The notes: generated by a model from the sequence alone, not told the origin. A DNA stretch of 63,312 nucleotides, filler included, from 7 parts of 7 records of this genome joined end to end with filler, not necessarily neighbours in it, one strand, 5' to 3'. Positions 19,760 through 31,823 are shown, counted from the whole stretch's first letter. A program made the numbers and translations.

Positions 19760-20221
19760 GACAGGTATCCAGCCGCCAGCAAACCGACATGGCATTTGTC
19801 GAGTAGGTTATACCTATCTGGCGTTCTTGATCGTTCCTTCCATCTGGTATTGAAAATACAGGCCCGGGCCGAGGGGTTCCCCTTCCTCGGAGCTTGATGA
19901 AAGACGGTATCGGGGTCGACCGGCCGCTTGACGAATGTGAAGGCTGATTCCGCTCTCCGGGTCCCAGCGATCTCGACAAATCATCGCCTAACCCCATCGT
20001 TATCTCGACGCTGCGGCACCGCCTGCGCAGCATTCGCCGCTGCGACAAGGCGGACTAACACTGGAGGAGGTCTGGCGGAGTCGATTGGCTCCTGACCTCT
20101 GGGAGCGCGCGCCTTCTCGCTCAGCATGAGATCGCCTTCATTGCTTTTTTGTAATCGGCAGTCACCTGCGTTAGTCTCGCGACGCGGCTTCAACTGCAGG
20201 AAAATAAACGTAGGGAGAACC

Positions 20222-21493
20222 ATGAAAGCACTTGCGGCACAGCTCGCGCTGACGAGCGCGTTCGGTTTTGCGTTGGCGTCGTCAGTCAGCGCGAACGCTT
20301 CTGAATGGGAGCGAATCGACCTGACGGGCACCTAAGAGGTCAGCCTCCCGGACGGCGATGGCGGAACGGTATCACGAACCCTGGAGCCTGCCTGCTCGGG
20401 CGGACCGGTATTGGATGCAGAGTCGCCGACAGGGTTTCGGCCTGGCAACTCCGAGTACTACTTCTTTGTCCGGCAGGGCAATCCGAACCGGATATTGATT
20501 GCGCTTGATGGCGGGGGTGCCTGTTGGGATGCGGCAACGTGCATAGGTTCCCCGCTGGCAGGCAGCTCCACTTACACTGTCGAGCTGGATGAGACTACGG
20601 AGAGCCTGTCAAACGGTGCTGGATTGCTCGATAACTCCAACAAGGACAATCCCTACAAGAACTACACCCAGGTATTCGTACCGTATTGCTCCGCCGACAT
20701 TCATTGGGGCAGTAAAGACGTTACGTATGTCCTGGAAACAAACGTCGGCCCGCTCCCCATGGAGATAAAGCATCGAGGATCGGACAATGTTCTGTCGGTG
20801 CTGAACTGGCTGAAAACAGAAGGCCGCGACGCCTACAAAATCGACTTCGATCGCGCCCGAGACGTCACCGTAACGGGGCTCAGCGCAGGCGGGTACGGCG
20901 CCACGCTCGCGTATCCATTTGTCGCTGAAATGTCACCACGAGCACGCCTCAACCTGATCTCCGACGCTGCGATTGGCGTTCAGACGCAGGACTTCTACGA
21001 GCAGACGATCTACGACGCGAATGCGCCGGAAGCAGCGAGCTGGGGAGTCAAGGATAGCCTCCCACGTTTTGTGCCGGGACTGGACGAGTCGTTTTTGGCG
21101 AGCACGCCGGCTTCGGTGTTCACTCCGGCCCTATTTGGTCTGCTGGCAGCTTATACGCCGGAGGCAAAGATCTCTGCTTTGACGCACGACTTCGATGCGG
21201 TACAGGTGTTTTTCTACGCGCTTCAGGCAGGGGAACTGGTCCCGACTCCCAATGGTCCGGCTCCCACACCTGCGGCTTTCGCGGCATGGAATTTCAAGAT
21301 GAAGGCAATCACGGCTGCTGCTGCGGCGAATTCCAACTTCCGATTTTTCATCCGGGAGGGATTCGAGCACACCTTCCTCGCCAATGATGAGCAGACCTAC
21401 GATGTAATGGGCAATGGCATCAGTGTTGCCGACTGGATTCGAAACCAGATCAAGCCGGGCAATCGCGCATGGGAGAACCTCGGTGGGATGTAG
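20222..21493 (+). pseudogene. Secreted pectinacetylesterase/Notum-family alpha/beta hydrolase interrupted by an in-frame TAA at 20333-20335
   Basis: RBS GGAG plus signal peptide at 20222 in the same frame as the catalytic region (GGGACW, VPYCSADIHWG, GLSAGG). Confidence 0.75.
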
Positions 21494-22137
21494 CGGTTCG
21501 CGATAGGAGCATGGTGTCGGGTGCGTGTTACTCGCCTTGCACCCAACATTCATCTCGATCACGTGGCGGCCCGAGAGGGCCGCTTTTCCATCGGGTTCGG
21601 GTCGTGCCGCGGCTGTCGACGGCTGCTCCTGCGCCTGCTCCGGCACGGTAGGTCTTCACGAGTCGATTTCTGCGGCGAGAGCTGACGTCCGGTGAGGTCC
21701 GCTCAGGCGCGGCTGGACGCCAGGGTCCGGACGGTGCGACGCCGGCAGCACCTGCGGAATATTCCCCTTCCCGGTCAGTCAGGAAAACGGTTGAAACACG
21801 CATCCCGACGGCCAGGGCGATAGCCCTGTTTGCACAGTGAAGATCCGCAACTGGCGGCGTGAGCCCGCGCTGGATTCGACAGGCGTCTTCCGAACGCTGC
21901 TGGGGTCTCCGGGAGGTGGATATCCAGCCAGCTGCTATGCTGGGGAGTACAGAGATACGAGGCGAACCCAGCAAGGCGGCCCCATCAGACAGCAGCTTGC
22001 CAGAGCGGCCGGATTATCGCTCAAGGATGGCGCCGCNNNNNNNNNNNNNNNNNNNNNNNNNNNNNNNNNNNNNNNNNNNNTTAATTAATTAANNNNNNNN
22101 NNNNNNNNNNNNNNNNNNNNNNNNNNNNNNNNNNNNC

Positions 22138-22755
22138 GAGGAAGTCACCGACATGCAGCGTTCGGTTAAGGGCGAGGTCGTATCGTCGACCTTTGACGAA
22201 CCGGCTACACGTCACGTTGCTGTGTCGGAGATGGTCATCGAAAAAGCGAAACGGCTTGTTGAGCATAAACGAGATGTTGTGATCCTACTTGATTCAATCA
22301 CAAGACTTGGTAGGGCATTCAACACAGTTGTCCCATCTTCAGGTAAGGTTTTGACCGGTGGTGTCGATGCAAACGCCCTGCAGCGCCCTAAACGTTTCTT
22401 TGGTGCGGCCCGGAACATCGAAGAGGGTGGATCGCTGACGATCATCGCAACTGCCCTGATTGATACTGGCTCGCGTATGGACGAGGTCATCTTTGAAGAA
22501 TTTAAAGGGACTGGTAACTCGGAAATCGTTCTGGATCGCAAGATTGCAGACAAACGCGTATTCCCAGCTATCGACATCCTTAAGTCCGGGACCCGTAAGG
22601 AAGATCTGTTGGTCGACAAAGGGGATCTTGCTAAGACCTTTGTTCTGCGTCGTATCCTTAATCCAATGGGAACAACCGACGCGATCGAGTTCTTACTGTC
22701 CAAGTTGAAGCAAACCAAATCGAATGGTGACTTCTTCGACTCAATGAACACATAA
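22138..22755 (+). CDS. rho: Transcription termination factor Rho (5'-truncated)
   Basis: [46 protein letters not shown]. Confidence 0.98.
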   Translation, partial: EEVTDMQRSVKGEVVSSTFDEPATRHVAVSEMVIEKAKRLVEHKRDVVILLDSITRLGRAFNTVVPSSGKVLTGGVDANALQRPKRFFGAARNIEEGGSLTIIATALIDTGSRMDEVIFEEFKGTGNSEIVLDRKIADKRVFPAIDILKSGTRKEDLLVDKGDLAKTFVLRRILNPMGTTDAIEFLLSKLKQTKSNGDFFDSMNT

Positions 22756-22783
22756 CTTTAGGCTAAACTCTCGGGGCCTTCGA

Positions 22784-24070
22784 ATGGATACAATATTCGC
22801 CTTGGCCAGCGCGCAAGGGAAAGCCGGCGTGGCCGTGATCCGGATTTCCGGACCACGGTCTAAGCCTGCGGCAGAACAACTGTGCGGGTGTACATTAGCG
22901 GATCGTGGTATGACACTACGATGTTTGCGTGCGCCAGATAAAAGCAGGTTAGACGATGCGCTGGTCCTGACATTTTCCGCACCATCCAGTTTTACCGGTG
23001 AAAATGTTGTTGAATTTCAAATACATGGAAGCGTTGCTACGGTAAATGCTGTGCTTCGCGCGTTGTCTGATATCGATGGTTTGCGACTGGCAGAGCCGGG
23101 TGAATTCACGCGTCGTGCATTAGAAAATGGTAAGCTGGATCTAGCGCAGGTCGAAGGATTGGCTGACCTTATCGAAGCAGAAACCGAAGCACAGCGTAAG
23201 CAAGCGCAGAAGGTTTTAGCGGGCGACCTAGGTAAATTAGCAGAGCGGTGGCGTAAGGATTTGATCCGAGCAGCGTCCTTGTTAGAGGCGGTCATTGATT
23301 TCGCAGACGAAGATGTCCCTGTTGATGTAACACCCGAAGTTTCGAGTTTGATGGCCTCGGTGATGTGTGATCTTGAAAAAGAAGTCTCGGGTGTAGGTAT
23401 CGCAGAACGAATTCGAACGGGATTTGAGGTTGCCATTGTTGGCCCCCCAAACGTGGGAAAATCAACTTTATTGAATGCCTTAGCTGGACGCGATGCTGCG
23501 ATAATATCTGAGTATGCTGGAACGACAAGAGATGTGATCGAAGTCCGGATGGATCTCTCTGGATTGCCTGTGACCTTGTTGGACACTGCAGGTATTCGTG
23601 AAACCGAAGACGTTGTCGAAGGCATGGGAATTGCGCTGGCGCGGAAACGGGCAGAAGCAGCAGATTTACGCGTCTTTTTGGTCGAAGATCTTGAAACAGT
23701 AGACGTTGAACTGCAACGGGGTGATATTCATGTATTCCCAAAGGCTGATGAACGGAGTTCCGCGCACGGAGCAATATCGGGAAAAACTGGGGCAGGGGTA
23801 ACAGAACTAGTTGCATCTGTTTCAGAAATCTTATCCGAACGCAGCTTGGCTGTGGGTACAGCAACAAGAGAAAGACATAGAACGTCTATGTTGTATGCTT
23901 TGCAGTCAATGACTGAATGTAGGTCTATACTGGATTCCGGGCCTGATATGTATGATATAGCGGCAGAAGAGCTTCATACGTCTATCAGATCATTGGAAGC
24001 CTTGGTTGGTCGCGTTGATGTTGAAAACTTGTTGGACGAAATTTTCGCGAGTTTTTGTCTTGGAAAATAG
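22784..24070 (+). CDS. mnmE: tRNA modification GTPase MnmE
   Basis: [30 protein letters not shown], terminal FCLGK. Confidence 0.97.
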   Translation: MDTIFALASAQGKAGVAVIRISGPRSKPAAEQLCGCTLADRGMTLRCLRAPDKSRLDDALVLTFSAPSSFTGENVVEFQIHGSVATVNAVLRALSDIDGLRLAEPGEFTRRALENGKLDLAQVEGLADLIEAETEAQRKQAQKVLAGDLGKLAERWRKDLIRAASLLEAVIDFADEDVPVDVTPEVSSLMASVMCDLEKEVSGVGIAERIRTGFEVAIVGPPNVGKSTLLNALAGRDAAIISEYAGTTRDVIEVRMDLSGLPVTLLDTAGIRETEDVVEGMGIALARKRAEAADLRVFLVEDLETVDVELQRGDIHVFPKADERSSAHGAISGKTGAGVTELVASVSEILSERSLAVGTATRERHRTSMLYALQSMTECRSILDSGPDMYDIAAEELHTSIRSLEALVGRVDVENLLDEIFASFCLGK

Positions 24071-24074
24071 GGAG

Positions 24075-24090
24075 TGTTTCACGTGAAACA
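24075..24090. promoter_or_regulatory. parS: parS centromere site 1
   Basis: Perfect TGTTTCACGTGAAACA overlapping the mnmG start. Confidence 0.93.
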
Positions 24091-25954
24091 TTCAGACTTT
24101 GATGTAGTAGTTATCGGTGCCGGTCATGCCGGAACCGAAGCAGCCCATGCGTCAGCACGCATGGGCGCCAAGACCGCGCTTGTCACATTTAGCAAAAAAG
24201 ACATTGGCGTGCTCTCCTGCAATCCCGCTATCGGAGGGCTCGGAAAGGGCCACCTTGTTAGAGAGATAGATGCGCTAGATGGCGTGATGGGGCGTGTTGC
24301 AGATGCATCGGGTATTCAGTTTCGCCTTCTAAATCGAAGAAAAGGGCCAGCGGTTCAGGGGCCAAGAACACAAGCGGATCGAAAGCTTTATCAAAAGCAT
24401 ATGCTTAAAGAGACCATGTCCAGATCAAACCTTCACGTTATAGAAGGGGAAGTGATAGACATAAGCATAATGAACAACAGCGTTACAGGCGTTGTACTTG
24501 CGAACGAAGATGAAATTTCCGCTTCAAAAGTCATCCTCACGTCCGGGACCTTTTTAAGAGGAAAGATTCTTATAGGGTCTGAATCTGAATCTGGGGGACG
24601 AATGGGTGACAAGCCCTCTATTCGTCTGGCTCAAAGACTTGAGAGTTTGGATCTCCCGCTGGGTCGCTTAAAAACTGGCACACCTCCACGTTTGGATGGA
24701 AATACGATCCACTGGGATGGATTAGAAGTGCAAAAGGGTGATGAGTCACCGACGTTCTTTTCGTTTCTCACCACAGAAATATCCGCACCTCAAGTGTCTT
24801 GCGCCATTACGCATACAAACGAGCATACACATGAAATAATTCGGGAAAATCTCGAAAAATCCGCAATGTACGGCGGACATGTGCAAGGGGTAGGGCCGCG
24901 CTATTGTCCGTCAATCGAAGACAAAATTGTTAGATTTGCTGACAAAACATCTCATCAAATTTTTCTAGAACCAGAAGGTATTGATGATAGAACAGTGTAT
25001 CCAAACGGGATCTCAACGTCGCTTCCTATTGAGGTGCAGAAGCAGTATGTACAGTCGATTTCCGGCTTGGAACAAGTTGAAATTCTACAACCCGGCTATG
25101 CAATTGAATATGACTATATTGATCCTCGAGTGTTGAATATGAATCTTGAGTTGGATCGTGTATCGGGTCTGTATCTGGCTGGCCAAATCAACGGAACGAC
25201 GGGGTACGAGGAAGCTGCGGCGCAGGGTATGGTTGCTGGCTTAAGTGCTGTTTGCTCTCTCAAAGAAAAAGAGCTACCTCGTTTCGACAGATCTTCGAGC
25301 TATATAGGTGTAATGATCGATGATCTTACTACGCGTGGGGTCGCTGAACCTTACCGTATGTTCACGTCGCGCGCTGAATTTCGGTTATCTTTACGAGCTG
25401 ATAACGCGGATCAGAGATTAACTGAATTTGGGATGTCAATCGGATGCATCGAAGCGCGGCGTGAAGAGATTGCAACTTCAAAGATTCGGAAGTTGACTGA
25501 TGTAACGCATAGCCTAAAGAATCAGAATTTCACACCAAAGCAAATTCATGACGCTGGAATCTCAGTTAATCAAGATGGAAACCGAAGGAATGGGATAGCT
25601 ATCCTGGCCTTTCCGGATGTTCAGTTTGAAGATATCCTCTCTCTCGTGCCGGATCTAGGTGATGTCGAATGTGAAATTCGTCGCCAAATAGAAAGAGATG
25701 CTTTGTATTCCAACTATATTGAGCGTCAAGCACGGGACATCCTGGCTATGAAACGTGACGAAGGCATCGAAATCCCAGCGGACTTCGACTATCTGTCGTT
25801 GGCTAGCCTTTCCAATGAACTAAAATCGAAATTGGAACGTGTACGCCCCAGTAATCTATCGGAGGCATCCAAAATTGAAGGGGTAACTCCTGCTGCATTA
25901 ACGCTTCTGTTGGCGCATATCCGAAAAATGGAAAAAATCCGGAGAGACTCGTGA
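24083..25954 (+). CDS. mnmG: tRNA uridine-5-carboxymethylaminomethyl modification enzyme MnmG (GidA)
   Basis: [51 protein letters not shown] 24083 with GGAG RBS. Confidence 0.97.
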   Translation: MKHSDFDVVVIGAGHAGTEAAHASARMGAKTALVTFSKKDIGVLSCNPAIGGLGKGHLVREIDALDGVMGRVADASGIQFRLLNRRKGPAVQGPRTQADRKLYQKHMLKETMSRSNLHVIEGEVIDISIMNNSVTGVVLANEDEISASKVILTSGTFLRGKILIGSESESGGRMGDKPSIRLAQRLESLDLPLGRLKTGTPPRLDGNTIHWDGLEVQKGDESPTFFSFLTTEISAPQVSCAITHTNEHTHEIIRENLEKSAMYGGHVQGVGPRYCPSIEDKIVRFADKTSHQIFLEPEGIDDRTVYPNGISTSLPIEVQKQYVQSISGLEQVEILQPGYAIEYDYIDPRVLNMNLELDRVSGLYLAGQINGTTGYEEAAAQGMVAGLSAVCSLKEKELPRFDRSSSYIGVMIDDLTTRGVAEPYRMFTSRAEFRLSLRADNADQRLTEFGMSIGCIEARREEIATSKIRKLTDVTHSLKNQNFTPKQIHDAGISVNQDGNRRNGIAILAFPDVQFEDILSLVPDLGDVECEIRRQIERDALYSNYIERQARDILAMKRDEGIEIPADFDYLSLASLSNELKSKLERVRPSNLSEASKIEGVTPAALTLLLAHIRKMEKIRRDS

Positions 25955-26562
25955 GTATTACAGCTGATAGCCTGGATGTTTCACGTGAAACATTTGCGAA
26001 ACTAGAGGTCTTCGACGATCTTCTGAATAAGTGGAATCCACGCATAAACCTGGTGTCCCGGAAGAGCTTGCCGGATGTCTGGACTCGGCATATCTCTGAT
26101 TCTCTTCAGGTGTACAAGTGCATCGAGGCGCAGGGTCACTGGGTTGATCTGGGTAGTGGGGGAGGTTTCCCTGGTGTGATCGTTGCTATTGTAGCGTCTG
26201 TTGAGAATCCCGATTTACGGGTAACTCTAGTAGAGAGCGACCAAAGGAAATCAGCCTTTCTGAGGGCTGTATTGCGTGAAACAGGATCAGTGGGCACTGT
26301 AATCACTGATCGTATTGAAAATGTTGATCCCCTTGAGGCTGATGTTTTGTCAGCTCGCGCTTTGACTGATCTTGCTAAACTTCTGGATTTTTCTCAGAGA
26401 CATCTAAAGCCTGCCGGGATAGCTTTGTTTCCGAAAGGGATCACATGGAAAAAAGAAATTGAACATGCAAAGCAAGAATGGAACTTTGATTTCGAAGCGG
26501 TTAAAAGTGTGACTGAACCCTCTGCAGTTGTACTAAAGATCAAAGGAGTTGAGCTTGCCTGA
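25951..26562 (+). CDS. rsmG: 16S rRNA m7G527 methyltransferase RsmG (GidB)
   Basis: [25 protein letters not shown]. Confidence 0.96.
   Translation: MSITADSLDVSRETFAKLEVFDDLLNKWNPRINLVSRKSLPDVWTRHISDSLQVYKCIEAQGHWVDLGSGGGFPGVIVAIVASVENPDLRVTLVESDQRKSAFLRAVLRETGSVGTVITDRIENVDPLEADVLSARALTDLAKLLDFSQRHLKPAGIALFPKGITWKKEIEHAKQEWNFDFEAVKSVTEPSAVVLKIKGVELA
25977..25992. promoter_or_regulatory. parS: parS centromere site 2, inside rsmG (encodes VSRET)
   Basis: Perfect TGTTTCACGTGAAACA. Confidence 0.93.
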
Positions 26563-27358
26563 TCTTTCACGCCCCGACGGGCCGAGAATTATCGCCGTTG
26601 CAAATCAAAAAGGCGGTGTTGGTAAGACAACGACTGCAATAAACTTGGCTTCGGCTTTGGTCGAAACTGGTCTGAAAGTTTTGATTGTGGACTTGGATCC
26701 ACAAGGAAACGCGTCGACGGGGTTGGGAATTGAAGACCGAGATGCAACAACGTATGAGCTTTTAGTAGATGATCTACCGGTGAATGAGGTTATTCAGAAA
26801 ACTGAGATACCGGGGCTGTCGATCATTCCCGCAACTGTCGATCTAAGTTCCGCTGATATCGAGCTGATATCCAACGAAAAGCGTAGTTTTTTATTACACG
26901 ATGCCCTGCGCCAAACTGCAATGGATGAGTATGGGTTAGACTATATTCTGATTGATTGTCCTCCTTCCCTGAATTTACTTACTGTCAACGCAATGGTTGC
27001 CTCCGATGCGGTTCTCGTTCCTTTACAGAGCGAATTTTACGCTCTCGAAGGGTTGTCTCAGCTGATGCTTACTATCCGGGAAGTTCGTCAAACAGCGAAC
27101 CCCAATCTCAGGATAGAGGGCGTTGTGCTGACAATGTATGATAAGAGAAATAACCTTTCCCAGCAGGTTGAAAAAGATGCGCGGGATAACCTGGGAGAGC
27201 TGGTTTTCGAAACCAAAATCCCGCGAAACGTGCGCGTAAGCGAGGCGCCGTCATACGCTGTTCCAGTTCTGAGCTATGATACAAACTCTATGGGAGCAGT
27301 GGCGTATCGCGATTTGGCGGTTGAGCTTCTAAATAGACACACAAAGGTTGCATCCTAA
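26555..27358 (+). CDS. parA: Chromosome partitioning ATPase ParA/Soj
   Basis: ANQKGGVGKTTT, DLDPQGNAST, IDCPPSL, IPRNVRVSEAPS; TTG start after AAAGGAG. Confidence 0.96.
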   Translation: MPDLSRPDGPRIIAVANQKGGVGKTTTAINLASALVETGLKVLIVDLDPQGNASTGLGIEDRDATTYELLVDDLPVNEVIQKTEIPGLSIIPATVDLSSADIELISNEKRSFLLHDALRQTAMDEYGLDYILIDCPPSLNLLTVNAMVASDAVLVPLQSEFYALEGLSQLMLTIREVRQTANPNLRIEGVVLTMYDKRNNLSQQVEKDARDNLGELVFETKIPRNVRVSEAPSYAVPVLSYDTNSMGAVAYRDLAVELLNRHTKVAS

Positions 27359-27378
27359 GCAACCAGGAGGACTCTGAA

Positions 27379-28275
27379 TTGGCATCTAAAAACTCAAAAC
27401 CGCGTGGGTTGGGCCGTGGGCTCTCTGCTTTGATGGCTGATGTGTCACAAGAAGCAGGTGTTCAGGAGCCTTCGGGTTCCCGGAGACCTGATCAGACAGT
27501 TCCTATTGAAAAATTGAAAGCCAACCCCAATCAGCCAAGACGCACCTTTAATCAAGGAGATCTTGATGATCTGGCTGCATCGATCAAAGAGAAAGGCATT
27601 CTACAGCCTTTGATCGTAAGACCAATCGAGGGCGGGGACTATGAGATCGTTGCGGGGGAACGTCGTTGGCGTGCTGCACAGATCTCTCAGTTGCACGATG
27701 TTCCAGTTCTTATTCGGGAATTTGACGATACTGAAGTTCTTGAGATCGCGATTATCGAGAACATCCAGCGTGCTGATCTTAATGCAGTAGAAGAAGCCGC
27801 CGGGTTTCGACAGTTGATGGACAAATTTGGTCATACGCAGGAAAAACTTGCGGCGGCTTTGGGAAAAAGCCGTAGTCACATTGCTAACCTGTTGCGTTTG
27901 CTGTCATTGCCAGAAGATGTTCAAGAGCTTGTTGTGGCAGGGGAATTGTCAGCCGGGCATGCGCGTGCGCTAATTACATCAGATAACCCGTCTGAGCTGG
28001 CAAAGATCGTTGTTCGAGATGGTCTATCTGTCCGCGCGACCGAAGCTTTGGTGAAGCGGCAACAGCAACCTGATGGATCAACTGCAACTGCACCTAAAGC
28101 AAAACCTACGGGTGAAAAAGATGCGGATACAAGGGCGCTTGAACGAGATTTGTCAGCGATTCTAGCGATGAAGGTTGCGATCAATCACAAGGCTGGAACC
28201 GAAATGGGGCAGGTAACGTTGACCTATGAAAACCTAGATCAACTTGATGATCTATGTGCCAAGCTTAGCCGTTAG
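27379..28275 (+). CDS. parB: Chromosome partitioning protein ParB/Spo0J
   Basis: GLGRGLSAL, NPNQPR, IVAGERRWRA, ENIQR.DL, HTH. Confidence 0.96.
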   Translation: MASKNSKPRGLGRGLSALMADVSQEAGVQEPSGSRRPDQTVPIEKLKANPNQPRRTFNQGDLDDLAASIKEKGILQPLIVRPIEGGDYEIVAGERRWRAAQISQLHDVPVLIREFDDTEVLEIAIIENIQRADLNAVEEAAGFRQLMDKFGHTQEKLAAALGKSRSHIANLLRLLSLPEDVQELVVAGELSAGHARALITSDNPSELAKIVVRDGLSVRATEALVKRQQQPDGSTATAPKAKPTGEKDADTRALERDLSAILAMKVAINHKAGTEMGQVTLTYENLDQLDDLCAKLSR

Positions 28276-28618
28276 GGCGTGTCCATATAAAGGTAAGAAC
28301 GCCGCCTAAGACTATGAATTGAATAGCAATGACATTGGTAGGCACTCCCACGATCAACGAAAATAGAAACACGGCAGCTATCGAAACGGTGGCTGCCCTT
28401 TTTGCGTTTGGACGGATGGCACCTGAATTTTGCCAATCTAGGATCATTGGGCCGAATAAGTTGTGTGTGATCAGCCAAGTATGTAACCGTTCAGAGGATT
28501 TTGCGAAGAAGAACGCCGCCAATAGTAAAAATGGAACTGTTGGGAGAAGCGGGAGAACAACACCGATCACGGCTAACCCCACACAGATCAATCCTAAGAG
28601 TGTCCATAGATACTTCAT
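28265..28618 (-). CDS. ybaN: YbaN/DUF454 membrane protein
   Basis: G..LPLLPTVPFLLLAAFFFAKSS.RLH.W. Confidence 0.88.
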   Translation of the reverse strand: MKYLWTLLGLICVGLAVIGVVLPLLPTVPFLLLAAFFFAKSSERLHTWLITHNLFGPMILDWQNSGAIRPNAKRAATVSIAAVFLFSLIVGVPTNVIAIQFIVLGGVLTFIWTRPNG

Positions 28619-28621
28619 TGG

Positions 28622-29713
28622 TTAATCCGTAAGTAAATGGCGTATCACCGCGTTCAAAACAGCGCGCCCATCTTCGGTTGTTCTAAGGATTTGGTTTTCT
28701 AAAACAACCATGCCGATTTCGACAAGATGATCGACTTTTTCTTTTGGTAGGGCAGTTCCAAGAATACGTTGGTATCTAACTAAATCTAGACCAGTGTTAA
28801 CACGAAGCCCCATCATCAGGTATTCTTCGGCATGTTCTAGTGGTTCTAAGGCTGTACGTACCTTTTCACTGGATCCTTGTTCAACGGATTGTAGCCATCG
28901 CTGAGGGGCCAGAGGGGCTTCAATTGCGTAACGCGTACCGCCCAAAGTCAGCCGTGCATGTGCGCCGGGGCCAATCCCGATGTAGTCCCCGTAATTCCAA
29001 TAGATCAGATTGTGCCGTGATTCAGACCCTGGTTTCGCGTGATTAGAGACTTCATAAGCGGGCATGCCGTGTGCTTCGCAGATGTCCTGTGTCGCGTGAT
29101 ACATGTCTGCGGCCGAGTCATCGGTTGGCAGGCCGCGTAGTTTTCCAACCGCATATCTGTCGGCGAATGCAGTGCCCTGTTCGATGGTCAGTTGATACAG
29201 TGAGAGGTGGTCGATCGCCATTGACAGTGCAGAGTTAAGTTCTGTCTGCCACTGTTCCAGTGTTTGATCCTGGCGGGCATAGATCAGGTCAAAGCTAACG
29301 CGATCAAAGCAAGACCGCGCGATATCAAACGCAGCCTTTGCCTCGGACACTGAGTGGATGCGACCCAAGCGACGAAGATCTGTATCATTCAGGGCTTGGA
29401 TGCCCATTGAAATCCGGTTTACGCCAGCTTGCTTAAAGGCTTGGAACTTGCCTGCCTCAACTGAGCTTGGGTTCGCCTCGAGCGTGATTTCGATGTCATT
29501 TGCACCAGACCAGTGAGATTGGGCAGTTTCGATGACGGCGGCAACTGTATCTGGATCCATAAGGGAAGGGGTGCCGCCACCGAAGTAGATGCTGTTCAGA
29601 ACCCGGTCGGGCGTTTCAAGTGCAACCCTGTCGAGTTCTGCAATATAGGCTCTAACCCAGGCCTTTTGGTCGATTTTTCGGACAACATGGCTGTTGAAGT
29701 CACAATAGGGGCA
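28622..29713 (-). CDS. hemW: Radical SAM heme chaperone HemW (5'-truncated)
   Basis: Frame extends upstream of 29560 to CPYCDFNSH and IYFGGGTPSL; EITLEANP, YEVSNHA, HNLIYW. Confidence 0.93.
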   Translation of the reverse strand, partial: CPYCDFNSHVVRKIDQKAWVRAYIAELDRVALETPDRVLNSIYFGGGTPSLMDPDTVAAVIETAQSHWSGANDIEITLEANPSSVEAGKFQAFKQAGVNRISMGIQALNDTDLRRLGRIHSVSEAKAAFDIARSCFDRVSFDLIYARQDQTLEQWQTELNSALSMAIDHLSLYQLTIEQGTAFADRYAVGKLRGLPTDDSAADMYHATQDICEAHGMPAYEVSNHAKPGSESRHNLIYWNYGDYIGIGPGAHARLTLGGTRYAIEAPLAPQRWLQSVEQGSSEKVRTALEPLEHAEEYLMMGLRVNTGLDLVRYQRILGTALPKEKVDHLVEIGMVVLENQILRTTEDGRAVLNAVIRHLLTD

Positions 29714-29830
29714 TNNNNNNNNNNNNNNNNNNNNNNNNNNNNNNNNNNNNNNNNNNNNTTAATTAATTAANNNNNNNNNNNNNNNNNNNNNNNNNNNNNN
29801 NNNNNNNNNNNNNNTACACTTACACACTTA

Positions 29831-30292
29831 ATGGGATGCTGCCATTTACAGGATTATTATCTAAAAAAAGCTGCCCCATACCTGCTAATGGCACTTACAT
29901 TAATCCTTTATGCATTTCCTTTTAAATTTCCGCACAATACTTTTAATTGGATACAAAAGTATGATCTACCGGCATATACCTATCCGGTTTTCGTAGTTCT
30001 ATTTATTATATCTTTTATTCTAATGATAGTGAGCTTTTTTAGTAGTCCTTCAATTACAAGAAACCTTTCGCAGTTAAAAGATGGGAGAATACATCACAAA
30101 GGTGCTTTTTATAGGGTTAGTGATATGATTGATTATAATTTGGAGGGAAGGCATGACCTTTATATAGAAAACAAAACAGTTTACAAGTTTAGCGCAAAAT
30201 TTAAAGAAGAGAAAATTTCCATGCACCTCCTATTAAGTCATAGAAAGAAAAATGAATTTGAAGATTACTTAAAAACTATGCATAAAATATGA
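29831..30292 (+). CDS. Hypothetical membrane protein (probably 5'-truncated)
   Basis: ORF with two hydrophobic segments at the contig edge. Confidence 0.5.
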   Translation: MGCCHLQDYYLKKAAPYLLMALTLILYAFPFKFPHNTFNWIQKYDLPAYTYPVFVVLFIISFILMIVSFFSSPSITRNLSQLKDGRIHHKGAFYRVSDMIDYNLEGRHDLYIENKTVYKFSAKFKEEKISMHLLLSHRKKNEFEDYLKTMHKI

Positions 30293-30470
30293 TCTAAACT
30301 TAGGCTTTCTCTTTGCAGTAATACTAAGACAGGTATAAGGAATAGACAGTCCTAGTCTGTGTCTTCAGTTACAGATATCAAACCACATAAAATGGCCTTT
30401 GTGTACACCGATCACGGTTTAGGAAAGGATTTCTTATCTTGAACCCATAAACCTAAAATATCACCCAAAA

Positions 30471-31775
30471 ATGATCAATAAACATTTTCTAGTTTCGGCT
30501 CTAACTGCTGTTCTTTTCATAAGTACTTTTTCTGTCAACTTCGGGCAATCAACGGCCAATCCCTTTGTGTATGGAGATTTGTTGCCTGATGCACCGCAAT
30601 TAGCCGCACGTGGCGAGTACGCTGTAGGTGTGCAGACCCTTGATTTAATTCATAAAAATCAGCTTGACATCTTAAACTATGGCAAGGGTGAAGATTCACT
30701 TTACAATAGACCATTGAAAGTAGAAATCTGGTATCCTACAGAAGCAGCATCCAATGAATTGATTTCTTATGATGAAGTAATGGGGCAGAATGGCTCTCCA
30801 ACCAGACCTCTTATTCCTTTTACTTTCTTAGGCAGAGCAACAAGAAATGCAAAAGCAGTTTATGAAAAGGAGCCTTTCCCATTGGTAATAGTATCCCATG
30901 GGTATACAGGTTCTCGCTATTTAATGACTTACCTCACAGAGAATCTTGCTTCAAAAGGCTATGTAGTAGTCGCAATAGACCACACAGAAGCCACATTCAG
31001 AGATGCAGCTGGCTTTCAAAGCACCTTACTAAACCGTTCTCTGGATGATCTTTTTGTCCTAAATGAAATGGCAAGACTAAGTGAAGATCAGGAGTCTTTT
31101 TTGAAAGGTTTAGTGAATGCTGACAATACCGCTCTGATTGGCTATTCGATGGGAGGCTATGGAGCTGTAAATGTTGCTGGTGGAGGTTATAGCCCACAAG
31201 CCGTCCAACTCTTTGGAGGTATGACTGGCGGAAGTAAGGCTTTGCTAAGACGTTCGGTTGGCAACCCTGAATTTGAAGCTTCGATCGATCCACGAATTAA
31301 GGTAATTGTTGCTTTTGCTCCTTGGGGCATGCAACGCGGGGTTTGGAATGCGGAAGGCTTGGCTGGCATTAAGATTCCTTCCCTATTCGTAGCAGGAAGC
31401 AAAGACGATATCTCAGGCTATGAGGATGGGACAAAAGCAATCTATGAAGGCGCGATAAACTCAGAGAGGTACCTCCTAACATATATTGACGCTAGGCATA
31501 ACACCGCTCCAAATCCTCCTCCAGCTGAAGCGCTTGAGCCAGGAAGACCTATTGATGAGTATTTGAGATATGCAGACTCAGTTTGGGATATGCGCAGGAT
31601 CAATAATATCAACCAGCATTTTGTCACAGCGTTTTTGGGCTTTTACCTAAAAGGTAATGAAACCTATAAAGGCTATCTCGATGTGAATGCGAATCCTGAA
31701 GCTAAAGAATGGCCAGGGTTCAAGCCAAGAACAACCATAGGTTTAGAAATGAACCATGAAAGTCCAAAAGACTAG
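30471..31775 (+). CDS. Secreted alpha/beta hydrolase (dienelactone hydrolase/PAF-acetylhydrolase-like)
   Basis: Signal peptide; PLVIVSHG, ASKGYVVVAIDH, GYSMGG nucleophile, downstream Asp/His. Confidence 0.88.
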   Translation: MINKHFLVSALTAVLFISTFSVNFGQSTANPFVYGDLLPDAPQLAARGEYAVGVQTLDLIHKNQLDILNYGKGEDSLYNRPLKVEIWYPTEAASNELISYDEVMGQNGSPTRPLIPFTFLGRATRNAKAVYEKEPFPLVIVSHGYTGSRYLMTYLTENLASKGYVVVAIDHTEATFRDAAGFQSTLLNRSLDDLFVLNEMARLSEDQESFLKGLVNADNTALIGYSMGGYGAVNVAGGGYSPQAVQLFGGMTGGSKALLRRSVGNPEFEASIDPRIKVIVAFAPWGMQRGVWNAEGLAGIKIPSLFVAGSKDDISGYEDGTKAIYEGAINSERYLLTYIDARHNTAPNPPPAEALEPGRPIDEYLRYADSVWDMRRINNINQHFVTAFLGFYLKGNETYKGYLDVNANPEAKEWPGFKPRTTIGLEMNHESPKD

Positions 31776-31823
31776 GCAAACTCCTTTTTCAAAATCCCAG
31801 AATAATTACCCTTTTACTTTAAG

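Noticed and set aside
15390-20192. 13-mer CGACGCGGCTTCA at 15390-15402 and 20180-20192
   Set aside because: One such match is plausible by chance in about 8 kb of GC-rich sequence
20333-20335. Genetic-code reassignment or Sec/Pyl recoding
   Set aside because: The codon is TAA, not TGA or TAG, and other genes on the contig read normally with the standard code
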